A stretch of DNA of 64,000 bases from Neocallimastix sp. 'constans' (lineage: Eukaryota), in the NCBI GenBank assembly GCA_050613775.1, contig JBODTK010000117.1, forward strand, positions 1-64,000, given 5' to 3'. Under the pieces are notes generated by a model that was not told the DNA's origin, searched no databases, and saw nothing but the letters and a program-made list of their open reading frames with translations. Each line of letters opens with the position of its first letter. The first letter of the stretch is position 1. Position numbers and translations under genes: made by a program. This document shows, in pieces, positions 28,926 through 57,700 of this stretch.

Positions 28926-28944
28926 AATAATTATTATAATTATC

Positions 28945-28988
<44 letters not shown>

Positions 28989-29100
28989 ATATATATATAT
29001 ATTTATTCTATTAATAAAAAAAAAAAAAGATAAATTTTTATATATGTATTGTATTTTTATTTTTTTTTTTCTAGATATATATATCCTATTAAAGTTTAAT

Positions 29101-29496
29101 GGGAGAGTTGCATTTCCCCAAATTGCATTTCCCCAAATTGCATTTCGCCAGGTTGCATTTCGCCAAGTGGCGTAGTATTAAAATGTTGCATTTCCCCAAG
29201 TTGCTTTTCGCCAGGTTGCATTTCGACAAGTAAAGTATTGATATAAATAAATGAATAAATAAATAAATATTAATTCACAATATATTTTTTTTAAAATTGT
29301 TTTTATGCGATATTAATAATATTTAATTTTATTTATTGATTTATTTATTTATTTAATAATTTTCAATCTGGCGAAATGCAACTTGGCGAATTGCAATTTG
29401 GCGAAATGCCACATTTTTTTAACACGCCACATGCTTTCAAAAAAATTGGCGAAATGCAATCTGGCGAAATGCAATTTGGCGAAATGCCCCACACCC
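29101..29496. mobile_element. Non-autonomous Mutator/Foldback-like MITE (396 bp) with 9-bp TSD and arrays of 15-bp subterminal repeats
   Basis: Flanked by the direct repeat AAGTTTAAT (29092-29100 and 29497-29505), with GGG...CCC termini. The left arm has 7 copies of RTTGCATTTCSCCAR, the right arm has 6 inverted copies, and the core is AT-rich. Confidence 0.88.
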
Positions 29497-29732
29497 AAGT
29501 TTAATGTAACTAAATCTCAAAATGGGTTAGATCATTTATTCTGTTATGTAATATTATGGAATTTAGATTGATGAATAGTTATATCTTTAAACTCCTATTT
29601 AAAAAGATTTGGTTAGGAAACTTAGTTAGATGAAGGAAATCTCAAGGATCACAAAGATATCAAGAGGTTTCTTTACATATTTATATCTTTTTAATAAATT
29701 GAATTGATAAAAATTAAAAATTTAAAAAAATT

Positions 29733-29766
<34 letters not shown>

Positions 29767-30087
29767 ATTACTTAACCTATCCTATTTCTTAAAATATACA
29801 TATATATATATATATATTTTTAAAAAAGAAAAATTTTTATATATTATTCTTAAATTTACTTATTCATTCATTATTTTTTTTTTTAATCTATGTTATAACG
29901 ACTTCCAGTTAAAAAAAAAAAAAAAAAAAAGGAAGAATTATGATTCTTATTTTTTTTATTATAGCATTTAATCATTTTCATAAATAATTCAATTAATTTT
30001 TTTTTTTTTTTTATTATTATTATTAATAAAAGTAGGTTTAGGATTTTTAATTTTTTTTTTTTGTTTTTGTTTTTAAATTTATATAAC

Positions 30088-30470
<383 letters not shown>

Positions 30471-30504
30471 ATTATTATTATTATTATTATTCTTATTATC
30501 ATTA

Positions 30505-30541
<37 letters not shown>

Positions 30542-31229
30542 GTTATTATAAATATTATTTTATAATAATTTAATTATAAATATTATTATTACAATAATTA
30601 TTATTTTAAATTTATTAATGGTAAATTATTATTATGTGTAATGACTGTCTAAACTCAAATTGGTATATTAAAAAAATTTATAATTGTAAAAAAATATAAA
30701 TATTTTATTCATTGAGAGATGATTATTCTTCTTTGGAAGAATTTTTCTTTTCTATATAAATTTATTATTAATTTAATGAAACATATAAAATATTTTAAAT
30801 ATATATATATATATATAAATTAAAAAATATCATGATTCTTAATATTCAAGATTCAAAAAAAAAACAATTCCAATAAAAATTTATATATTATTAATTAATA
30901 AAAATTAAAGAAAATATTTATAAAAAAATAATAATAATAATAATAATTTAAAGTTATTACTGAATTATTTTAATATTATTCCAGATAAATTCTAATTATA
31001 TTCATATATATATAAAAAGGAATAAATTATAAAAAATACTTAATCTTAATATTTTTTATAATAATGAATTATTAAAAAAAAATGTTTCATTAAAATTATA
31101 CTTTTTAAAGTGTCATTGTATATGTAGATAATCTTTTATTAATTATTTAAATTTATTATTATTATTTTTTTTTTTACAATTTGTTTAATTAATTATAATA
31201 TGTCCAGATTTTAAATAAACAATAAAACA

Positions 31230-31694
31230 GCTATGAATTAATATAAATGATAGTGTTTTTAGCATATTGCAAACCTAGCTAGTTTAATGATATTTAAGCA
31301 TATATTTAGCATATGAATGATTAAGAGCATAAGTTGTTCAACTAGCTAGGTTTTGCATAACTAACATATATTATTTATTTAATATATATAAACGATGATT
31401 GTTCATATAGATATCAACATATACATAATATGCGATAAAACTATATATTATTGATATATATGCGATAATGGTGCTGTTTATATATAAATAATATAGCTGC
31501 ATAGTTTGATGCATATGTTGATATTTTGCGATTATTATTGTTCATATATTAAATAAACGATATATTGCTATTATTATTATATAAACTATTGTGGTGATAT
31601 GCTGATTTTGAATGCCTTTTGATTCTAAACTACCACAATGTTCATCAACAAACAATAATGCTAAAAATATATATGATTAACATACAATCATAGC
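31230..31694. repeat. Multi-branched fold-back element (imperfect TIRs enclosing three internal hairpins); degenerate MITE or structured RNA
   Basis: Outer arms GCTATGA..TTTTTAGCATATTG and CAATAATGCTAAAAA..TCATAGC. Inner stems: TGCAAACCTAGCTAGTT/AACTAGCTAGGTTTTGCA (31268-31357), a ~50-bp imperfect pair at 31374-31426/31510-31557, and ATTGTGGT/ACCACAAT. Confidence 0.65.
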
Positions 31695-31862
31695 ATATAA
31701 AAAATATTAAATACGGTTTTATATAAAATACATAAATAATGATTATTCGTTACATTATTATTGGATAACTATTTTATTTTAAATTATTTTATTTTTTTTT
31801 TTCTTGGAAACTTTTTTTTATATCTTTTATTTCTTTTATTTTATTTTATTTTATTTTATTTT

Positions 31863-31893
<31 letters not shown>

Positions 31894-32035
31894 TTTTTAT
31901 TTTTATATATTTTTTTTTAAATTTTTATAGGCATTTGATTGTATATTTGTTTTAATTTGTCTCTCATGAAATTTTTATTTTATTTTTATGATAAAATTAT
32001 TATGAATTAATTATATAAAAAGAAGTTTTCAAATC

Positions 32036-32082
<47 letters not shown>

Positions 32083-32270
32083 CAAGTATATGTTACAAAT
32101 ACAAGAACTAACGAGATAATATTTAGTATATAGTACTTTTTTTTTTTTTAAAAAAAAAAAAAGGTATTAATCTAAATTTAAGTAGTGAATACTTCATAAT
32201 ATATTAAAATAAAAGTTAATAAAAAATGTAAAATAATTATATTTTTTTTTTCATATTTTATTTAAAAATC

Positions 32271-32302
<32 letters not shown>

Positions 32303-32503
32303 CTGAATATATTTACTGAAATACTGAAATATTAAAAAATATTTAAAGTTTGAAATAAACAATAAAAATTTTATATTTATTAAAAAAATCATAAAAATTA
32401 TAATTATATAAATATATAATATAAAATTAAATTAAATTCAATAGATTGATAATTAGATTTATATATAAATATAAATAAATAAATGGTTTAAATTCGTTTT
32501 TTG

Positions 32504-32539
<36 letters not shown>

Positions 32540-32593
32540 ATACATGATTTTATTGAAAAAAAAATAAATAAATGAAAATATTAGAAAAACAAA

Positions 32594-41133
<8,540 letters not shown>

Positions 41134-41644
41134 TTTTTTTAAAAATAATTTTTATACAATATCTAAAAATAAAAAAAAATAAAAATAAAAATAAAAAAAT
41201 AATAAATAAAAAAATAATAAAAAAAAAATAAAATAATAATAAATAAAAAAATAAAAAAAAAATAAAAAAAAATAAATAAAAAAATTAAAAAAAAATAAAA
41301 AAAAATAAAAAAAAAATAAAAAAAAAAAATAAAATAAAAAAATAAAAAAATATAAAAAAATATATAAAAATAAAAAATAAAATAAAAATAATAAAGCCGT
41401 TAATATTAAATAAACTATTACATAAAACTATTAAAATTGATAGATTACTAATTAGTGATAATTTAAATTTTATTATTTTTTTTAAGAAAAAAAAAAAAAA
41501 ATAAAAAATAAAATAAAAAATAAAAAAAAAATTAATTAGTAATTCCTTTTAAAATTTTTATATTTTAAATTTTTGTTAAAATATATAACAGATAATATAT
41601 TAAATTTTGCTAAAATTAAGGGTTATATAATTATAATTATCATA

Positions 41645-41703
<59 letters not shown>

Positions 41704-41990
41704 GTTTGTTTTTTTAATAATTAGATATTAATAAAAATATCATTTTTAGTATTTTGAAAAAATTTAATATTAAATTTAATAATTTCATCTATAGTATATT
41801 ATTTATTATTTTAAAAAAAAAATGTCTTTTTTTAGTTAAAAAGTAAAAAAAAAAGTAAATAAATAAAAATAAAGAATTAATCTGAATCAAGAATAAGAAT
41901 TTATATTTATAATATCTAATAATGATGCATTTAAAAGTTATTTATTTCTATTCTATATAATATATTATAATGAAATAAATTCATTAATCT

Positions 41991-43924
41991 ACTTCATCTA
42001 AAGCTCGTGCTCGATTTGCTTCAATGTTATCAAATGAATTTCCTATCAAAAGAGGTGTTCATCAAGGTTGTCCATTATCTCCGATCTTATTCAATTTATT
42101 CATCAATGATATATTAAATGACTGTGAAAAGTATGGTGTTAATATTGGAAGAAAAAAGTGTTGTGGTGGACTCTTTGCTGATGATGTTGTTCTCATTGCT
42201 CCAAGTGCAAAAAATTTAGAAAAATTACTGAAAAAGGTACATAGATGGGCTAATTTAAATGAAATGACTTTTGGTATTGAAAAATGTGCAACTATGGTTA
42301 TAAAACCAATGAACTTCCAATCTTCTCCAAACTATAGTGACCCAACCTTCTATTTAGGAATGAATGCTATTCCTAAAGTTTCTAGTTATATTTATCTTGG
42401 TATTCCTTTTTCTGATGATCTCTTACTAGAACACATTATATCTCACATGCATTTTAAAGTTAGAAAATCCCTTCTTTCATTTACACATTTCTTCTCAAAT
42501 AAGCTTATCCCTATTGCATACAAGAAAAAAGTTCTTCAATCCTTTGTTATTAGTAAAGTAATTTATTATTCTCCTTTACTTGGTTCAAACAAATCTAGAA
42601 CGGCCAGAATTCAAACATTAATTAATACTGGTCTATTTTGGTGTATCGATTCCTTCTCTAAAAATGGTAAAACAAGTTCAGAAGACAATGACTATATTAG
42701 ACATAATTCTACTATGAGTACTTATGCTTTATCTCGAGATCTAAGCATTCCTCCTATTGCTGGTGTCTGCACAGCCTTACAGATTAAATCTTTTGCTAAA
42801 TGGAGTAAATCAAACTGTATTATAAAGGATCTTATTAAATCTATTCCCAAAATGCATCATTATTCCTGGGCTAAAGAATCAAGAACACTGTATAAAAAAA
42901 TCAAAAAATATAAATGTGAAAAATATGACAATATTTTAGAACGTTACTGGAAATCAGTTTCCAAATTTCAAGGTATTAAAGGTCAAAATTACGATTGTAA
43001 TAAGTTCTCAAACAATAAAACTATAATTATGCTTAGTTTAAATATCCCCAATTCAACTTAGGGTTTTCGTGGATTATACGTTTACGATGTGGTTATAAAT
43101 ACAATACTACTATTGCTATTAGAATGGGTAGAGTTTCAGAAGATTGTCCCAAGTCTTGCCCCTGTTGTGGAGAAGATAAACAATCTTTTGAACATTGGAT
43201 TTTTAAATGCGATGTTCTTGCATCTTTTAGATGGAATTCTTTAAATTTCATCGATGATCTCTATGTTTTATTCCTTAGGAAGATTAGAGCGTTTAATCCT
43301 CTTTCTTCTTATGACTCTATTTCTAATTTTGAAGATTATATCAATCATTATATATATTTGTTCCTTCTTGGTGGGACTTTAGTTTTAAATGAGCTACATT
43401 TCGATAGTGGGGAACAGAGACAATTAAATGAACTACTTTTCAAAGGTTCATCTGAGTCACCTGTTCCAAAAATTGTGGGCTTGGCGGAATTCTTAACAAG
43501 TGCAATACCTATCATAAGTAGTTCGTTTGAGCTATTATTTGATAGGTATTGCAAAATACCAAACTTATCCAAGAGGGTCGACGTCGTACTGATAAGACAT
43601 AATGATAATACAGGATCAGCATCTATTTCTATGAAGGATGAATCTTGCCCTAGTAGTTCAATAAATGATGAATCCGGGGAGAGTTTAGTGGACACCACAC
43701 TATCTATTTTAAAGATGTTACTTCTAGGTTTTATTTCTTTTTTATTTGTTAGGAAGGGAAAAATTCCCGCATAGTACAACTTGCCGAAATACATAGTATT
43801 TTCGAGCTTTTTATTTTTTTATTTTTTAAATTTTTTATTTTTAATTTCAAATGTACTTTTCACCTACATGTAGTTTTTAAAATAAAATTTAATAAAGTTT
43901 TGGAAGTGTATTCTCTTTCCTGCC

Positions 43925-43970
<46 letters not shown>
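41991..43970 (+). mobile_element. 5'-truncated LINE (non-LTR retrotransposon): RT, CCHC zinc knuckle, 3' UTR, poly(A)
   Basis: RT motifs RGVHQGCPLSPILFNLFIND, LFADD and YLG are present, plus the zinc knuckle CPCCGEDKQSFEHWIFKC. One frameshift near 43040 joins ORFs 42024-43061 and 43124-43774. AATAAA is at 43891 and an A43 tail at 43928-43970. ACTTCAT (41991-41997 / 43970-43976) is a possible TSD. Confidence 0.93.
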
Positions 43971-43972
<2 letters not shown>

Positions 43973-44194
43973 TCATTACAATTTATTATACTGGAAAGAA
44001 TAAAGTCTTAATAGCGATTTATTATTATAATATTAATGGTTCAGTATATCACTTATAAATTAATAGTGATATTATAAAAAGTTAATATTAGAATTTCAAT
44101 GATGAACATTCAGTAAGGCCATCCAGCATGGACAATATCCCCATATGTGAAAGTATATGAAAGTATTGTAACTACCTTAATATTTCCATGCCTT

Positions 44195-44335
44195 GAGGGG
44201 GTGTTGAAAATAAGGGCGGTATACATTAGAAGTAAATATATTTATATATTTATATATAATTTATTTTATATTTTTAATACATATTCTAAATGTAATTATT
44301 TATATATATATAAATAATATCATATAGAATAATTT

Positions 44336-44370
<35 letters not shown>

Positions 44371-44394
44371 TTTTATTTATTGTTATTTTTAACA
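44195..44394 (+). mobile_element. Possible PPT plus LTR start of a second copia-like remnant
   Basis: GAGGGGG is immediately followed by TGTTG at 44195-44206, at the end of a GC-richer stretch. The right end (TAACA, 44394) is tentative. Confidence 0.3.
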
Positions 44395-45228
44395 ATTTTA
44401 TTTAGCAATTAATATAATAAAAAAAAATTACTGTTATAATGGTTATTTCAGGTTTTAATTAAAAGAAGATTCAATTTATTACTAAAGCATTCAATATAAA
44501 TTGTCCAAAATTATTAGTCTAGAGAATAGTATCACTATTCATAAATCTTAAACTACTATATCAATATCTTTATATATGTTTTTATTTTTATTTTTAATAT
44601 ATTTAAGTAAAATAAAAACATATATTATATATATATATATAATATATAACTGTGTTTATAATTTAATATTTATTTAAATTAAATAATATATTTTATAATA
44701 TATTATAATAAATATTTTGAATCAAATTAAAAATAAAAATTATCCTTTATGTTTATTTAAAACATTTATATATTTTTTCATTTCATATTTGTTTTATTAT
44801 TTAAATAATATAAATGAAATTTCGGTTATAAGAGAATATAATATATAATAAAACAAAAAAAAATAATTATTATTACAATAGAATAAAAATTAAAATTGTG
44901 ATATATTTCTATTATTTACTTTTATAATAATATAAGGTAAGCAAAAAATATAAAAAATAATAGTAATAATTTAAAAAAAAAGATATAATATATTATAAAA
45001 AACAAAAAAATAAATAATTGAATATTATATTTTATTAATTAATAAATGAAATTTCATTAAAAAAAATATTAAAATTTTAAATTCTAAATTAATTAAAAGT
45101 AATATAAAATAGGAATAATAATAATATCAATAATAATAAAAAAAGGAAAAGATAAGAAAGAAAGAATTTCAAATTTTTAAACTATAATCCTGATAAAATT
45201 TTAAAATTAATTCTTCAATATTATAGAA

Positions 45229-51607
<6,379 letters not shown>

Positions 51608-52557
51608 AATAAAATAAATAAATAAAAAAAATAAAAAAATAAAAAAAATAAATAAATAAAAAAAAAAATAAAAATAAAAATTAAATTAATATAAATAATA
51701 AAAATAATAAAATAAAATAAAATAAAATTTTATTTAAAAAAAACATTAAAAAAAAAAAAGAAATAATAAAATAAAATAAAATAATATATATATAATAATA
51801 ATAATTTTCAAATAAAAATATAAGATATTAAATAATATTACAGATAAAATAATAATAAAATAATAAATAAATTATTAATAAAAATAAATAATCTTTTTTT
51901 TTTTTAAAAAAAAAAAATAAAATAAAATAAAAATAAAAAAATAGAATAATAAAGAAAATGATAATAATAGAAAAAAAAAATTGATGACAACAATAAAATA
52001 TAAAATATTATAAAATATTATAAAATAATATAAAAAAAAAATAAAAAAATAAAAAAATAAAAAAATAAAAAAATAAAAAAATAAAAAAATAAAAAAATAA
52101 AAAAATAAAAATAACAAAAATTAAAATAAAAATAAAAATAAAAATAAAAATAAAAATAAAAAATCAATACAAATCATTCATTTAATTAATCTTATAAATA
52201 AATAAATATAATTAATATAAAATAAGATAAGATAAAATAAAATAAAATAAAATAAAAAAAGCTTAGTGATAATTTATTTATTCTTTATTTTTTTATTTAT
52301 TTATTTATCATTATTAATTTATATTATTAAATATATTGATAATTCATTTTATATATATATATATTATCTACTTTTTTCGTTTTCTTACTATAATTTTTTT
52401 TTTCTTTTTTTTTTTTTATATTATCTAGCACTCTAATATACTTATATACTTATATATTAATAAATATAAAAATCATACTTGTAAATTTATGAAATAAACT
52501 TTTTAAGAAAATGATTAAATAAATTAGATTTCATAGATTTATATTAATATTTAAACA

Positions 52558-52596
<39 letters not shown>

Positions 52597-52788
52597 GAAT
52601 AAAGCAATTATTCTATAATTCTATATTTTTTAATGAAAACAGAAATTTAATGGAATTAAATTAAAATAAAAGGGAATAAAAAAAAAAAACTTTATATTTT
52701 TAAATTCATTAAAATATACAATAATACTAATATTATTATTTTTATTAATAATACTTTTTTTTTTATTTATTTATATTGTTATTATTAA

Positions 52789-52828
<40 letters not shown>

Positions 52829-53179
52829 AATAGATTACAGTATATCATTCATTAATAATCAAATATAATAAAAAAAAATTTATTATTTTATTTATTTTTT
52901 ATTTATTCTTTTTTATAGCTATTAATTTGATACTGAAATATTAAAATATTAATTATAAGATTATTTTATGTCATTTACAATGAGAAAGTTATATAATAAA
53001 AATAAAAATAAAAATAGTATTGATACAATTATAAAATGGTAAAAAATATAGTCATTGCAAATGACTGTTATTTAGAATTTTTATTTTTATAAATGTAATT
53101 TTTGAATGGTAAAAAAAAAAATATTGTTATTACAAGTAACTGTTTATTAAAATTTTTATTGAAGTATAAACTTTACCAT

Positions 53180-53219
<40 letters not shown>

Positions 53220-53650
53220 GTATAAAATAAAAAACTATATAAAAAAATTTAATAATAATTGAAAAGAGTTGGCATTTAAAATAATTATTTTATATTAAAT
53301 CTAAATTTTATAAGTTGAAAAGGAAAAAGATAAATAAAAAAAAAAAATTACCAAAATAATTATAAATAAATATATAAAAATAAATATATAAAAATAAATA
53401 AAACAAAATGAAAAAAAAAATATATATATATATATATAGGTATTATTATAAAACAGTAATAAGAAAAGTTTTTTATTGAATTCTTTCAAAGAAAATAAAA
53501 GGGAAATTAAAAAAAAAAAATTATTTAAATCTTTTTAATTAAAGAGAAAAAAATATAATGTAAATTTTTATATTTATTTATATATATGTTTACTTAAAAA
53601 TTTATATATTATATATAAGAGATTTATTTTTTATTATATCTTCAATATTA

Positions 53651-53820
53651 TTAATTAAATATTAAATTAACTCGTATTTGAAGGAAAATTTTTTATTTTA
53701 ATTAAATAGTAAATTAACTTATATTTAAAGATATATATTCCTTATTTTAATTAAATAGCAAATTAGATTATATTTAAAGAAAAACAATTTCCTTTTTTAA
53801 TTAAATATTAAATTATATAT
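53651..53820. repeat. Degenerate ~49-bp minisatellite, ~3.5 copies
   Basis: The unit TTAATTAAATA(G/T)(T/C)AAATTA..TATTT(A/G)AAG..TTTT recurs at ~53651, ~53698, ~53747 and ~53797. Confidence 0.6.
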
Positions 53821-54438
53821 ATATTTTTAAGTCTATAAAAAATATATTATTTTTGTATATCATCCGGTTTTATTAATTATAAAAATATCAAAGAAATTAT
53901 TTAATTTATTATTATGCTTAAAAATTTACAGATTTTATCTAAAAACATTTGTTTTTAAAATTTTTTACTTTTTAATCTTTTTTTAATTTATTTTGAAAAA
54001 AGATTAAAAAATAATAATAATAATTTTAATTTAATAGAAAATTATAAAGAGTAAATTAACTTTATTATAAAATTTCAAAATAAAAAAAAAAAAGAAAAAA
54101 TTGAAAATGCCACCATTAATAAAATAATATTATTAATAATTCAATGTAAATCAAAAATATATATATTTAACTTTAAGCTAATACTTGATAACTATAAATA
54201 TAAAATAATAATATATTTTAAAAAAATAATAATAAATAAAAGGTTAAAAAAGTATAGTTAATTAATTTTAAAAAGTTGGCAATAATTATAAAAAATAATA
54301 TTTATAAGGAAATTATTCTTTTTTTTTTTTTTTTTAAATATTTTTTAAAATATATAATTATTATGGATTATTTATATCCTTTTTAATATTTTAATTTAGC
54401 TTACCAATTTATTCAAAAACAATATATATATATTTCTG

Positions 54439-54469
<31 letters not shown>

Positions 54470-57400
54470 ATCAATTAATATGATTTCTTAAAAGATATAA
54501 TATGAACTTATTTTTTTATAATAATTTTGTTAAATCTAATAAAAAAGAAAAAAAAAAAAGGAAAAAATAAATTTCTAATTTCTTTTCTATTTTTTTCTAT
54601 TTTTTAGCAGTTAATTATATATATGTATATTAATATTATTATAACATGTTAATAATAATATGATAATAACAAAACAATATTAATAATTTTAATTCATTAA
54701 ATACTGTATTAATGTGTATAATTTGTGTTTAAATTTTAAATAGTATATTTAAATATTAATCTAATTATTATTATTATTATTATTTCTATTTATTAATTAT
54801 AATTAATTATAATAAATTTTTATTGTTTATTATTAATTATAATTAATATTATTAATTAATATTATTAATTATTATTTATTTATTAATTTATTTATTCATT
54901 TATTTATTATTAGTTATAATATCATTAAAAACACTACAAATGATACCAAAAAAAAAATCATTTCATAAATTTTAAATATATTTTAATAATAAATTACATA
55001 AAATAATAATAAAAAAAAAAATTATAATATTGTATAGCTATAATATTTTATTTAATAATTAATTATGTTACACTTCAATAAAACTACAAAAATAATAATA
55101 AAATAAAAATGTTTTTATACATATAATTATATATAATTTTAATTAATTTATAATAAATAATTAAATATTTTATTTAATAATTAATTATTATTATTTTTAT
55201 TATATTTTTATTTTTGTTATTTTTAATAAAATATAAAAATATATATTGATTTTTAATTTATAAAGTAAAATAATAACTTTAATTAATATAGAACTGTTAA
55301 AATTAATTAAAAAAAAAATAAACAAAAAATAATATTTTTAAAAATCAATCATCAATAAACTTTATTTAATATAAAAATATACGATCATTTTATTGAAGAT
55401 ATTCTTTTTCAAATTTTAAGATATAATAAAAAATTTTTAGAAAAGAAAAAAAAAATAATTAATATTTATAAAAAAAAAAATTATTATTATCAAATAATCT
55501 ACTATAAGAAATAGATATAATAATAAAAAATTATATATTAATATTATTAATATCTTTTGAGATAAATATCTAATAATAATTAATATGTTATTATAGAAAA
55601 TCCTTAAATATACACATGACTAAGCACTCTTATATATATATATTTTTAATTAATATATAGTATCATTTAAACATCTTCAAACAATTAATTACCCTAATAA
55701 TTTAGAAAGAATTTTCGTAATATATATTTATATATTTTAACACTATCAATAATAATATTATAATATGACATATCATATTTTAGATATAAATATTTATTTC
55801 TTTTATATTATTTCAAAGTCTTTTTATAAATAATAAGTTAAATTAAAAAAAAAAAAAAAAAAAGTATTTGATAATTTTGATTAGTTTATTTTCATACATT
55901 TTATTCAAAAAAAAAAAAAAAATATTAATTATTCTTTAGGGTTAAATATTTTTAAAAAATATTTTTCCGGATTATCCTTTTTTTTTTGTCAGATTCGTTA
56001 TATTCTACATTAATATATATATGTATATATTATATAAGTTTATTGATGATTGATTATTAAAAATATTTTATATTAATAATATGATTTTACTATAAATGTA
56101 ATTATTTGATTTTTTTTTTTTTTTATTTTTTAAGAAAAAAAAATAATTAATATTCATAAAACATAAAAATATTAATAAAGAAATAATAGAATATAAGAAT
56201 AAAAAATGTTTTTATTTTATTTAATAATACAATTGGTCAATAAAATATATTTAGATAATCACTGAAATAACTATAATATACAGATTCTTAAATTTTTTAT
56301 TCTTATTAATTAAAGTTCTTGTTTTCTTTATTTTAAATATATTGCTTCTAATCACCTAAGTGACGTATTTGAATATCAATTAAATAATTAATTATTTATA
56401 AAAGCTATCATTCATTTTAATTTTATTTCACATATCTATTAATTATTCCTGTTAATAATATTTGTATATATATATTTATAATTCTTAAAAAATATATAGT
56501 TTTTTATTTTTCCATTTTTTATTTTTTTTTTTCAAATTTTTAGAAAATATATTCCCCCATTTTTTTCATTTTTTTTTTTCATTACTAAACTTAAAGTTTA
56601 ACAATTCTTAACCCTTTATTATATAAAATTTTTTATTTTTAAAAATTCTGTATATTATATATATTACATATAACTTTTTTAAAAAAATACTGATCAAATC
56701 TAAAAAAAGGGAAAGAAATCAATTAATAACTTTATTGATATATTAATAAAATATACTGTCGCCGATTTATCCAGTTTTGATATATATATATATTAATATA
56801 TATATATATATATTAATATGTTCATTAATTCAGTAAATAAAAAATAATTTATATAAATTAATTAATTATATTTCGATTTATATTAATAAAAAAAGAAAGA
56901 AAGAAAAAAAAAAAAAAAAAAAAGAAATTACATATGATTTTTATGAATATATTATTTAAATGATTTCTATAAATAAAGTATCAAATTTACAGTTTATTGA
57001 ACCTTTTTTTTTTGGAATTAAAAACCATTTATATAATGTAAGAATGCTAACTCTTTATTTAGTTAAATTTTATTTATTATTTAATGTAGGATTATAATAA
57101 GAATAAGAAAAAAGTATAATAAATAACTTTATAACAAAGATATATATTTGAAGAAAATAATATATATATATATTGTTCATGTGAATAATAATTAATAGTT
57201 ATATTTATTAATTAAAAAAAGAGAAGATAATTTGTTTTTTTCATTGTTAGGATATATATATTATACTAATTAACAGTACAAAAAAAATCTAATTTTTAAA
57301 AGAAAAAAATCTTTTTTAATTGTTTAACAATGATAGTTTTTTTTAATTAAATTTTTATTATAATACACTTTTTAATTAAAATTTTTATAATTCTAATTAT

Positions 57401-57669
57401 TAATATTTAAAAGAAAATTAAAATACAAAATTTTAATGATTTTATATTATGCTTTTTTTTTTTTTTTTTTTTTTTTTTATTATTCTATTTATTATTAAAA
57501 AATATATTCTATATCATTATTATTTTTGTTATCTATTTCTATCATTATTTATTTCTGCTATTATTTAAAATTTAAAACTAATAAAAATAATTAATATCAA
57601 AATAAACCAACAAAAATAAAAAATATATATAAAATATTCCAAAATTTTAATTAAAAAAAAAAAATTTAA

Positions 57670-57700
<31 letters not shown>

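Noticed and set aside
29101..29496. CRISPR-like appearance of the regular repeats, and ORF 29383-29571 (LAKCN repeats)
   Set aside because: The repeats are 15 bp, abut without unique spacers, are inverted between arms and are bounded by a TSD. There are no cas genes and the context is eukaryotic. The ORF is just the repeat translated.
43570..43645. KRVDVVLI as the PD-(D/E)xK restriction-like endonuclease of R2-type elements
   Set aside because: No downstream (D/E)xK motif appears at the expected spacing, and the older copies do not support it.
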